IMG/VR virus record: IMGVR_UViG_3300031454_000005 | Span: 1 to 55,193 of that record | Strand: one strand, 5' to 3' | From: a virus | DNA length: 55,193 bases | Shown here: positions 17,262 through 24,304 of the stretch, in pieces | Layout: the number at the start of each line of letters is the position of its first letter | Numbering within the stretch: the first letter of the stretch is position 1 | The notes under the pieces: model-generated | Databases searched by the model: none | Told to the model about the DNA's origin: nothing | The model's input: the letters and a program-made list of their open reading frames with translations, nothing else | Made by a program: the position numbers and the translations under genes

Positions 17262-17398
17262 ACCAATTCCTTCAGAATGATCAGGCTCTCGACGAGCGAC
17301 GAGCCGTTGACCATCAGCGTGACGATCAGGCAGATTAGGACGCAGGCGGCGAGGAGGACGATCAGCTCAACGGCTTGCCAGAGACGGAGCTCGATCAT
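17258..17398 (-). CDS. 46-aa single-TM micro-protein
   Basis: MIELRLWQAVELIVLLAACVLICLIVTLMVNG... ATGA overlaps at both ends (17398/17395 and 17261/17258). Below the length cut-off of the ORF track. Confidence 0.45.
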   Translation of the reverse strand: MIELRLWQAVELIVLLAACVLICLIVTLMVNGSSLVESLIILKELV

Positions 17399-17883
17399 GG
17401 GCTTCCTTCCGGTGTCTCTGCGACGGATGTGTTCGGCGGGCGAGTGAGATCGAGGGCGTATTGCACGACTTCCACTGCCTGGGGTCTGGACATCTGCTTC
17501 ATCAGATTCGACACGTTGGTTACCTGATCCTTATGTGGGTGGTGAAATCGAGGCTCCACGAACTTGAGACCGTTGAGACGGATCATCTTGGGGTCAGGCT
17601 GGCGACTGGCGCCCAGAGTCTTCTTGTCAGGCAAAACCCACTTTCGAACCCTGACAATCGTCACGTTGTTGGCATCGACGTAGCGCGACATCTGATGGGT
17701 CGATCCAGCGGGAACGGCGAGGTTGCCGTCATATCCGGCGAACCCGACTGTCACTGGCTCAATCGTTTCGGTAACTTCCCTGAGGTGACCTGCTTGCAGC
17801 GCTTCACTAAAGCCCCCATTATTGAAGAGGTCCTGACGGTCCGGGTCGCACATCCGGATTCGTCGTTCAGGAGTACTAGTCAT
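17395..17883 (-). CDS. Hypothetical protein (162 aa), no recognisable motif
   Basis: ATG at 17883 is preceded by GAGGA (4-nt spacer). Visibly lower G+C than the genome. ATGA coupling to the downstream micro-protein. Confidence 0.55.
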   Translation of the reverse strand: MTSTPERRIRMCDPDRQDLFNNGGFSEALQAGHLREVTETIEPVTVGFAGYDGNLAVPAGSTHQMSRYVDANNVTIVRVRKWVLPDKKTLGASRQPDPKMIRLNGLKFVEPRFHHPHKDQVTNVSNLMKQMSRPQAVEVVQYALDLTRPPNTSVAETPEGSP

Positions 17884-18322
17884 GCCGTCCTCGCTTGAGC
17901 AAAGCATTCGAATACAGTTGGCGCAGGCGATTCAATCGCAGGAACTGAGCGATCAGTTCTACGATTGGCTAAGCGATATCGCCTCAGATCTTCCCATTGG
18001 CGAAGACTCCGATGCGATGGACTTGGCAGACCGCGCCTTATTGGCTGTCTACTCATATCGTGATGGGTATATCGGGGTAGACGCCCTCTGGGCGCACCTC
18101 GATTCGCTTCTAGTCATTGCGCAGCCTTCATCCTCGTCGGCCTTCAATCTCGTCCGCCTCTCCGTCGAGATGGCTGAACAAGTTGGGTGGCAGGTCTCGG
18201 TCGCAGCCCACGTCGTCACCCCACCAAGGGAGATTCATTCATTGGTGGTGGACTCGTTTCCGTCTCGAGTTCCGATGCTGACGGGTCAGGATCTCCCTGG
18301 GGTGGCTGTTCGTCACTACTGA
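17882..18322 (+). CDS. Hypothetical acidic helical protein (146 aa) encoded antisense between two minus-strand genes
   Basis: ATG at 17882 with AGGAG (17869-17873) 8 nt upstream. It fills the 333-nt gap between the minus-strand ORFs. It overlaps the start codon of 17395..17883(-) and 107 nt of the 3' end of 18216..18854(-). Confidence 0.5.
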   Translation: MPSSLEQSIRIQLAQAIQSQELSDQFYDWLSDIASDLPIGEDSDAMDLADRALLAVYSYRDGYIGVDALWAHLDSLLVIAQPSSSSAFNLVRLSVEMAEQVGWQVSVAAHVVTPPREIHSLVVDSFPSRVPMLTGQDLPGVAVRHY

Positions 18323-18854
18323 TATAGGCGAGTGTTTGGTCGAGGAAAAATGGAACCCGGCCGGCATAGCGGTCGTCGATATAGAGCTCGAACCAGAGCA
18401 ACCCAGCCGAACTTTTGCTCGTGATACTCAAATCGATGTTGAAGGTCGCGCCACGGATCGCCATCGGGTCAGCGGCTTCTGGGCCCAAGTCAAATACATG
18501 GCGAGAGACCGGGGCGCGGGCAACGCCCGGGTGATTCAGCACGATGCCGAGAACATGCCGTTCAGCACTCCATATTCCCCGCACGATGATGTACAGGGTG
18601 TAGTGAGCTCCGGGTAAGGGCGGGCCATCCTCGGGGTACCGGGCGGCTTCCAGATCCGAGAGCGGAAAGGGAATGGAATAGGTGACATCCGCCCGATCTA
18701 CGATGCGGACAGCAGTTACAACGCCATCAGCCTCTCTCAGGACCTTCTCGCAGATGAAGGCTGCGGTCAGTTCGGGGCCGCCCATCGGCGGCGGGTCTTC
18801 GGGTACCCATCCATCGACTGGGAGCTGGTCGGGTTCCTGCAATGGTTTGCTCAT
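18216..18854 (-). CDS. Hypothetical protein (212 aa), beta-rich core with Pro/acidic termini
   Basis: ATG at 18854 is preceded by GAGGAGGAG. The core pattern (AAFICEKVLREADGVVTAVRIVD ... HYTLYIIVRG ... LLWFELYIDDRYAGRVPFFL) recalls an uncharacterised actinobacterial DUF. I cannot verify the family. Confidence 0.6.
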   Translation of the reverse strand: MSKPLQEPDQLPVDGWVPEDPPPMGGPELTAAFICEKVLREADGVVTAVRIVDRADVTYSIPFPLSDLEAARYPEDGPPLPGAHYTLYIIVRGIWSAERHVLGIVLNHPGVARAPVSRHVFDLGPEAADPMAIRGATFNIDLSITSKSSAGLLWFELYIDDRYAGRVPFFLDQTLAYISSDEQPPQGDPDPSASELETETSPPPMNESPLVG

Positions 18855-18938
18855 CGCTCACTCCTCCTCGAACCGGGCACCGCAGGCGTTGCAGAAGGGG
18901 GCGGCGGTCATGGATGGATGCCCCTGAAGGATGACAAC

Positions 18939-18962
18939 GGGCCGCCCGACGTTGGGCGGCCC
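18939..18962 (-). terminator. Hairpin terminator candidate downstream of the LPXTG gene
   Basis: GGGCCGCCC gacgtt GGGCGGCCC, a perfect 9-bp stem, 24 nt beyond the stop at 18986. Confidence 0.5.
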
Positions 18963-18985
18963 GCCGATCCGATGTGCCGTGAACG

Positions 18986-19549
18986 TCAGGCGCGGCGACC
19001 ACGGATCAGGCTGATGCCACCGGTGCCGATCGAGGCCACGGCGAACAGGGCCAGCAGGATCGTCGTCATGGTGATCGAGGTCGCGGCGGTGCTCCCACTC
19101 CCCGTGCTCGGCAGCGTCGTCGCGGTCGTGGCGCTGGTCGCGGTCGTCGTGGTTGCGGCGCCGGTGCTGGTCGTCGTGCCGCCGGTCTCCTCAACCACCG
19201 GCGCGGTCTCGACTGGCTCCTCGACGACCGGGGCAGTCTCGACCGGTGCTTCCGATGGAGACTCGACGACGGGAGGGGTAACGCCGAAATAGCTCTCGAA
19301 GGTCACGGTGCCGCCGGGGCCGACGCCGCCCTGGCAGGCGATGCCGTCATCTCCGGGATTATTTCCAGGGCGACCATCAAGGCCGTTGGGGTCACTCAGA
19401 TCGGCATCGAGAATCCGCTGTGCATCATCCTGCGTCGCGATGTCTCCGCAGTTGAGGACATCCTGTGCCGACGCCGGCGATGGCGTGACCGCGAACAGAC
19501 CGAGGGCGAGGGTGACGACCAGTGACGCGGCGATGACGAATCGGTGCAT
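18986..19549 (-). CDS. Secreted LPXTG cell-wall-anchored surface protein with an Excalibur-like Ca-binding-type domain
   Basis: ATG at 19549 after AAGGAG. Signal peptide MHRFVIAASLVVTLALGLFAVTPSPASA. Domain NCGDIATQDDAQRIL...DPNGLDGRPGNNPGDDGIACQ. Repeats APVETAPVVEEPVETAPVVEE. A Thr-rich stalk, then LPSTG, a hydrophobic helix and an RGRRA tail. Confidence 0.75.
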   Translation of the reverse strand: MHRFVIAASLVVTLALGLFAVTPSPASAQDVLNCGDIATQDDAQRILDADLSDPNGLDGRPGNNPGDDGIACQGGVGPGGTVTFESYFGVTPPVVESPSEAPVETAPVVEEPVETAPVVEETGGTTTSTGAATTTTATSATTATTLPSTGSGSTAATSITMTTILLALFAVASIGTGGISLIRGRRA

Positions 19550-19641
19550 GCTGGACTCCTTGTGAGGCTCTTCGGGGGTTAGTGATGTCTTGTGGGACGA
19601 CGATGGCGGGCCACGACTGCGGGTCATAGCGCGTCTCACCG

Positions 19642-20316
19642 TCAAGCCTGATGGGCATCAAGAACGGACCGGAGTTCTCGCACACCGTTGGCGAGGGCGT
19701 CCGATCGAACGACGGGGATGGCATACGACGCTTTGGCGGGGCCGTCAGCGTCGGTGCTCCAATAGCTTGTATCGGTTCCCTTGCTTGCTGGGGTTTGCAG
19801 GATCACAGCGCCAGTTACCCGCCCGAGCTCCACTTGCACGCCATAGACCGCACGATAGTCCCAAGTCACGACCTTGGCGCCACCCGCCGCGCCCGCCATA
19901 AATCCCGGTTTATATATGTAGATGCGCTTGTTCGTCGCAACGATCTCTTGCCCGTGGACCCCAGGGACGACGGCCTCGGCGACCTCTCCATCCACAGCTT
20001 CATCCGTAATTCCGTCCAAGGCTTGCTGTGTCAAACCGTTCCCGGCAACCTGGCTCCACATCGTTACCAGCCTTGCCGACCGTCGGCGCTGAACGTCTTC
20101 CTGTCGAGCAAGACCTAACGTTGTTTGCTCGGTCACTCGATTATGGTCTTCAACCGTCTTGCGCAGGCTTAGCCCATCTATCAACCACCAGACGCCAACA
20201 CCTCCTACCGTGCAGGTCATCATCAAGCCAGTCGCCCACTTCCCAAGGTAATAGCGGTGACCTCCGAGGAGGCCGGTCAACAGCCAGATGACATAGGCCG
20301 TTTTTGTTGACTTCAT
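19642..20316 (-). CDS. TM2-domain membrane protein with a C-terminal bacterial PH-like domain
   Basis: ATG at 20316 after GAGGAAG. YVIWLLTGLLGGHRYYLGKWATGLMMTCTVGGVGVWWLIDG matches the TM2 two-helix motif (G.HRFYLG). The C-terminal IVATNKRIYIYKPG...VVTWDYRAVYGVQVELGRVTGAVILQT resembles a YokE-type bPH domain. Confidence 0.7.
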   Translation of the reverse strand: MKSTKTAYVIWLLTGLLGGHRYYLGKWATGLMMTCTVGGVGVWWLIDGLSLRKTVEDHNRVTEQTTLGLARQEDVQRRRSARLVTMWSQVAGNGLTQQALDGITDEAVDGEVAEAVVPGVHGQEIVATNKRIYIYKPGFMAGAAGGAKVVTWDYRAVYGVQVELGRVTGAVILQTPASKGTDTSYWSTDADGPAKASYAIPVVRSDALANGVRELRSVLDAHQA

Positions 20317-20453
20317 CGTGTCTTCCTCTTCCTGTCGAGCAGCCACGAGGCGAGCAAAATGCGTGTTGCCGGAGTGTCACCCACCATTCACCCCTTTCAA
20401 AATGCGTACATCTGTTCTACTCTCCAACCATAGCAGAACGGTGGGGAGGGTCC

Positions 20454-20675
20454 ATGTCGGTCGAAGGTGCAAGGTACGAGGTCGCTATCACCATCCATGA
20501 CTACCAGACCAGCCAGCAGGTTTCCCGCCTGCTGACGATCTACCTGACGGGCGATCACGCCCGGATCGTTTGCCCCGACGATGATGCCCTTGATGGGTAC
20601 CAGCTCGATCATTCGAAGCTCTCCGGGTTGCTCTTGGCCCTGTTGGGCTGCGACCGAACCCGCAGCGTCAACTGA
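20454..20675 (+). CDS. Hypothetical 73-aa protein
   Basis: ATG at 20454 after GGGGAGGG. Convergent with the repressor gene, overlapping its 3' end by 67 nt. Confidence 0.45.
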   Translation: MSVEGARYEVAITIHDYQTSQQVSRLLTIYLTGDHARIVCPDDDALDGYQLDHSKLSGLLLALLGCDRTRSVN

Positions 20676-21034
20676 GCGATAGACTGAAACGCCGCGATGG
20701 TGACTGCATCGTGCACCGGATCAAGTACGGCCAGCAGCGATGCAATCTCGCGGACGGTCTCATCACGATCGAACCGGAACAACATCGTTCCCTCTTCACT
20801 CGCGTCAACCTCCTCCTCAGTCAACTCGCCGGCAGCAATCAACAGGTCAACGTGACGCACCCCGAGAGCTTCGGCCAGACGCCGTCTGACGCCGGCCTCC
20901 GGGAGCTTCGTGACCCCGCGCTCAATCCGGTTCACCGTCGTCGCAGGGACCTCCGATCGAATGGCCAGGTCCTTCTGCGACCAGCCTAGTCCCTCTCGCC
21001 TCCGCTCAATGTAGGTTCCCAACGTCTCTGTCAT
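20609..21034 (-). CDS. CI-like prophage repressor (XRE HTH)
   Basis: LGTYIERRREGLGWSQKDLAIRSEVPATTVNRIERG is a Cro/C1 HTH. Divergent from a Cro-like gene. ATG at 21034 sits 7 nt downstream of a TACAGT -10 box, which suggests a leaderless mRNA. The longer 21163 start would run through the rightward promoter. Confidence 0.75.
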   Translation of the reverse strand: MTETLGTYIERRREGLGWSQKDLAIRSEVPATTVNRIERGVTKLPEAGVRRRLAEALGVRHVDLLIAAGELTEEEVDASEEGTMLFRFDRDETVREIASLLAVLDPVHDAVTIAAFQSIAQLTLRVRSQPNRAKSNPESFE

Positions 21035-21041
21035 AGCGGTC

Positions 21042-21117
21042 ACTGTAACGGTATACGTAAGTCTTGACAGTACATTACACATCCTGTATTCTATGTTCAC
21101 GACATCTGCAATCTGCA
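21042..21117. promoter_or_regulatory. Immunity switch region: rightward early promoter, leftward leaderless repressor promoter, and repeats
   Basis: Rightward: TTGACA (21064-21069), 17 nt, TATTCT (21087-21092). Leftward: CTGTCA (21070-21065), 17 nt, TACAGT (21047-21042), then 7 nt to the ATG. The two -35 boxes overlap on opposite strands. Tandem ATCTGCA ATCTGCA at 21104-21117. Confidence 0.6.
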
Positions 21118-21141
21118 AGTCGATAGAGGGGAGGCAATCAA

Positions 21142-21339
21142 ATGGGTCACGTAAGTCCGGCACCGCGAAAGGTCGTTCAGACAGTTTCGCTGCGGCAGGA
21201 CCAGCGCGAAGCGGTGATCCGGCTTGTCCATGAGGACCTCAAGCACGGCAACCTCTCCCGGTACATCCAGGACCTGATCGACGCCGACCTCGCCGAACGG
21301 GCGAAGCAGGCTGTCGATCCCCAGGCGGTGGCCTCATGA
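21142..21339 (+). CDS. Cro-like early regulator, ribbon-helix-helix type
   Basis: GAGGGGAGG RBS; 65 aa. VVQTVSLRQDQREAVIRLVHE...NLSRYIQDLIDADL fits a beta-strand/helix/helix (CopG/Arc) pattern. First gene of the rightward operon. Confidence 0.55.
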   Translation: MGHVSPAPRKVVQTVSLRQDQREAVIRLVHEDLKHGNLSRYIQDLIDADLAERAKQAVDPQAVAS

Positions 21340-21590
21340 CCGACGCGATCCGGCCGGCGCTGACCGTCGGGGACATCCAGCAGCGCCTCGGGGTCGGGCG
21401 CAACACCGCCCTCGACCTGATGCGGGACGGCGCGCTGGCGGAGATCACGGTCCGCGACGGTCGCCGGTGGAGCATCCCGGCCGACTCCTTCGACGCCTGG
21501 TGCGTGGAGCGCGGCCGCCTGGCTGCCCAGCGAACGCACCGGCAGGGGACCGCCCCGGCACCGACGTTCATCCATCGCAAGACCGCCTGA
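21336..21590 (+). CDS. Excisionase-like / MerR-type HTH DNA-binding protein
   Basis: ATGA overlap with the upstream gene. LTVGDIQQRLGVGRNTALDLMRDGAL...RWSIPADSFDAW matches the Xis/HTH_17 pattern. Confidence 0.6.
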   Translation: MTDAIRPALTVGDIQQRLGVGRNTALDLMRDGALAEITVRDGRRWSIPADSFDAWCVERGRLAAQRTHRQGTAPAPTFIHRKTA

Positions 21591-21634
21591 CATAACGACC
21601 CGGAGCGAGCCGGGACACCCTGAAGGAGCACGAC

Positions 21635-22195
21635 ATGACCGCAATGACAGACACGATGGTGAGCGAGATGGCAATCAGCCAACCGGCCCCCGCCAGGCGC
21701 GAATCCCCCCTCGGCGAGGCGATCCGGAACCGGCGCATCGAACTGGGGATGACGCAGCACGACCTCGGCGAGCGGATCGGGTGCGATTTCTGGGCGGTCA
21801 AATTGATCGAGCGCGGCGCGGTGCAGCCGATGCCGGGGCAGCGCATGGCGATCGAGGTTGCGCTGCGGCTGCCCATGGGCACCCTCGACGGGCTGGGCGG
21901 CGCCCACACCGGCCCGATCCGCTCGCAAGCATCGGCGACGCCGGTGCTCCCTCTCAACGCCGACGCTCCGTGGACCACCCAGCCGGGAAGGATGCGCACG
22001 TTCATCCTCGTGCTCTCGTGCCACGGCGAGCTGATGTTGTCACGGGATCTGAACGAGGCGGCGGCGGCGATCGACCAGTCCCTATCGGCGGTGATCCAGG
22101 CGACCGAGACGATTACCCATGACGGCCAGTGGTTCACCTGCGTCCTCCGGTATCGGGCGTTCGAGGACCTGTTCAGGTCTGGCGAGGAGGAGTAG
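21635..22195 (+). CDS. XRE-family HTH protein with an unknown C-terminal domain
   Basis: GAAGGAG RBS. GEAIRNRRIELGMTQHDLGERIGCDFWAVKLIERG. 186 aa. Confidence 0.65.
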   Translation: MTAMTDTMVSEMAISQPAPARRESPLGEAIRNRRIELGMTQHDLGERIGCDFWAVKLIERGAVQPMPGQRMAIEVALRLPMGTLDGLGGAHTGPIRSQASATPVLPLNADAPWTTQPGRMRTFILVLSCHGELMLSRDLNEAAAAIDQSLSAVIQATETITHDGQWFTCVLRYRAFEDLFRSGEEE

Positions 22196-22198
22196 GCG

Positions 22199-22732
22199 AT
22201 GTCGAACGTAGCCAGCATCCAACTTGACTCGGGAGCCGTGGTCATCCTCAACGAAGAAGACCTCGGCCTGATGGAAGGCTCCCGATGGCGAGTGATGAAG
22301 CCCTACAACACCGCCTATGCGGTCGTCAGGAAGGGTGAGCGCACGATCTTGATGCATCGCCTGATTACTGGGGTGGTCGATCCAGCTATTCACGTTGATC
22401 ACCTCAACGGAGACGGGTTGGATAACAGACGGGCGAACTTGCGCATCAGTACGTGCGCTGAGAACGCTCGGAACCGCGGGTTGAACCGAAACAACACGAC
22501 TGGCTTCAAGGGCGTTAGCCGCACGTCTCATGGGTGGTGTGCGGTGATCGGCCTGAATCGCAGGAGCAAACATCTCGGAACCTTTGACGCACCGGAAAAG
22601 GCAGCTCGCGCATACGACGTAGCGGCCCGAGCACTTCACGGCGAGTTCGCGTTCCTCAACTTCCCCGACGCGGCGTGCGACCTCATCGACCGGACGGTGG
22701 CGCCGGAGCCGGACCAGACGCCGGAGTTCTGA
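22199..22732 (+). CDS. HNH endonuclease with an AP2 DNA-binding domain
   Basis: VDHLNGDGLDNRRANLR...ENARN (HNH_3) followed by FKGVS...W.A.I......HLGTFDAPEKAARAYDVAARALHGEFAFLNFP (AP2/ERF-like). Confidence 0.8.
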   Translation: MSNVASIQLDSGAVVILNEEDLGLMEGSRWRVMKPYNTAYAVVRKGERTILMHRLITGVVDPAIHVDHLNGDGLDNRRANLRISTCAENARNRGLNRNNTTGFKGVSRTSHGWCAVIGLNRRSKHLGTFDAPEKAARAYDVAARALHGEFAFLNFPDAACDLIDRTVAPEPDQTPEF

Positions 22733-22740
22733 TCGCAGTA

Positions 22741-22762
22741 CCGGGCGACGCTTGTCGCCCGG
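22741..22762 (+). terminator. Hairpin terminator candidate
   Basis: CCGGGCGAC gctt GTCGCCCGG, a perfect 9-bp stem, 9 nt after the stop at 22732. Confidence 0.55.
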
Positions 22763-22836
22763 CCTGCTGAGCCACCTGGCCGACGCATTGGCCGGTGACT
22801 CGTCATCCCGGAACGGTCCGGGTGGCTCAGCAGGCC
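22761..22836. repeat. 76-nt element closed by a perfect 16-bp inverted repeat, enclosing two small hairpins
   Basis: GGCCTGCTGAGCCACC (22761-22776) pairs with GGTGGCTCAGCAGGCC (22821-22836). Internal hairpins are GGCCGA cgca TTGGCC and CCCGGA acgg TCCGGG. No ORF. Confidence 0.7.
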
Positions 22837-23076
22837 GGGGGAAGATCCAACCCTCGGCTCCCCCCACCACTTCACGGGCGACCGTGGGGCGGTGGAAGCG
22901 CATCGGCAGCATCTGCGGGGGTGTTCTCCGGCGAGGTTGCGGGACCGATCCGGAGCCTGGGCAACCAGAGCCGGTGCGCTTTCACCGCCGGGCCTCAGGC
23001 GAGGTCCACGGCGGGGTACGGACAGCGTAGCGGTCAGCAGGGGCTGACCAATATTCGGCACAAAGGAGTGGCGCAC

Positions 23077-23349
23077 GTGAACAAAGGGCGGGTCAGCACG
23101 GAGCTGGTCGAGGAGTTCGAGATCGTCATGACCCATTACGCGGAGATCGCCGCCGACGGCGAGATCACCTACGAGGAGAACCGGGCGCACACCGTCCTCA
23201 TCACCCAGCACCACCATCGGCTCATGGGATTCGACTTGGTCATCAAGTGGGTCCGCACGGCTCTAAGCCGCGGATTCAGTGACCGGAGGATCCGGGAGAT
23301 GCACCGGGATGTCTTCTTCGACCCCTACGGCAGCATGGCGGCCGACTAG
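23077..23349 (+). CDS. Hypothetical 90-aa protein
   Basis: GTG start 8 nt after AAAGGAG. In frame with track ORF 22795..23349. Followed by a hairpin. Confidence 0.5.
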   Translation: MNKGRVSTELVEEFEIVMTHYAEIAADGEITYEENRAHTVLITQHHHRLMGFDLVIKWVRTALSRGFSDRRIREMHRDVFFDPYGSMAAD

Positions 23350-23357
23350 ACGCCAAA

Positions 23358-23386
23358 GCGCCCTCGACGAGGTTCGTCGAGAGCGC
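23358..23386 (+). terminator. Hairpin terminator candidate
   Basis: GCGCcCTCGACGA ggt TCGTCGAGaGCGC, a 13-bp stem with one mismatch. Confidence 0.5.
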
Positions 23387-23454
23387 ATCGGACAGGACGT
23401 AGCGAGCGCCCTGATCAATTTTCGGCCCTGAAGGCACGGAAGGAATGGTAAGCG

Positions 23455-23958
23455 ATGACGAAGGCAATTGCACTCACTCACGGGTTCTCAGCCATCGTTG
23501 ATGACGACGTGTTCGAGGAACTCAATCAGCACCGCTGGGCGGCTTCAGGCAATGGAACCGGTCGACTCTACGCAGTCCGACGGACGCGAGTGCCGGGCGG
23601 AAAGCTGCGGTATATCCGAATGCATCGGGCCATTTGCGGCGACACAGTCGGCATCGACGTTGACCACATCAATGGCAACTCGCTCGACAACCGTCGATCC
23701 AACCTCCGAGCGGCGACGCGGAGCCAGAACATCGCCAACCACGCTGGGCCGTCTCAATCAGCATCGGGGTTTTGGGGAGTCTATCGGAGCCAGCGGCATC
23801 CGGCGGGCTGGAAGGCAAATATCAGAATCAACAACAAGAAACTTCATCTTGGGTACTTCGCTGATCTGGAAGAGGCCGCGAGGGTCAGAGACCGGGCGGC
23901 GCTGGAAGCCTGGGGCGAGTTCGCAACACTGAACTTCCCTGACGAGGTGGCGTCATGA
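23455..23958 (+). CDS. HNH endonuclease with an AP2 domain, paralogue of 22199..22732
   Basis: VDHINGNSLDNRRSNLR...QNIAN followed by FWGVY...W.A.I....K.HLGYFADLEEAARVRDRAALEAWGEFATLNFP. Confidence 0.8.
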   Translation: MTKAIALTHGFSAIVDDDVFEELNQHRWAASGNGTGRLYAVRRTRVPGGKLRYIRMHRAICGDTVGIDVDHINGNSLDNRRSNLRAATRSQNIANHAGPSQSASGFWGVYRSQRHPAGWKANIRINNKKLHLGYFADLEEAARVRDRAALEAWGEFATLNFPDEVAS

Positions 23959-24164
23959 ACGACCGACCACAGCGCATCAAGTCCGTCCGCCGACCCGTCG
24001 ACACCGCGCACCTGCCACCAATTTTCCGAATGGTCGGGGCGTACCGCAACGTGGTGCCGGTGACAGGACGGGACCTGGAGATCATGGCCAGCCGGGGCGT
24101 CCGGCTGATGACGACTCTCCCCCCGGTGGAACTGACCGACGACCTCGGCGGCGGTGCGGCATGA
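23955..24164 (+). CDS. Hypothetical protein
   Basis: ATGA overlap with the upstream gene; 69 aa. Confidence 0.4.
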   Translation: MNDRPQRIKSVRRPVDTAHLPPIFRMVGAYRNVVPVTGRDLEIMASRGVRLMTTLPPVELTDDLGGGAA

Positions 24165-24304
24165 CGCGAGTGTGGAAGATCGAACGCGGCCCCGACGAGA
24201 TGCACGCCCTCCTGATGATGGGCTATCGGCAGGTGCACCGGGATCTCAACCGGCGACGGATCGGACGGACGATGTGGTTGAAGCTGGCGAGGCGGATGGC
24301 ATGA
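24161..24304 (+). CDS. Hypothetical basic 47-aa protein
   Basis: ATGA overlaps at both ends (24161 and 24301). Below the length cut-off of the ORF track. Confidence 0.35.
   Translation: MTRVWKIERGPDEMHALLMMGYRQVHRDLNRRRIGRTMWLKLARRMA

Noticed and set aside
21035-21163. Longer 184-aa form of the repressor starting at 21163
   Set aside because: The extension would be encoded across the divergent promoter and the Cro-like RBS. The HTH domain begins right after Met44 (ATG 21034).
22761-22836. The 76-nt element as a tRNA gene
   Set aside because: The length is tRNA-like, but the structure is a continuous 14-16-bp stem with two hairpins. There is no D-arm, anticodon-arm or T-arm geometry and no GTTCRA T-loop.
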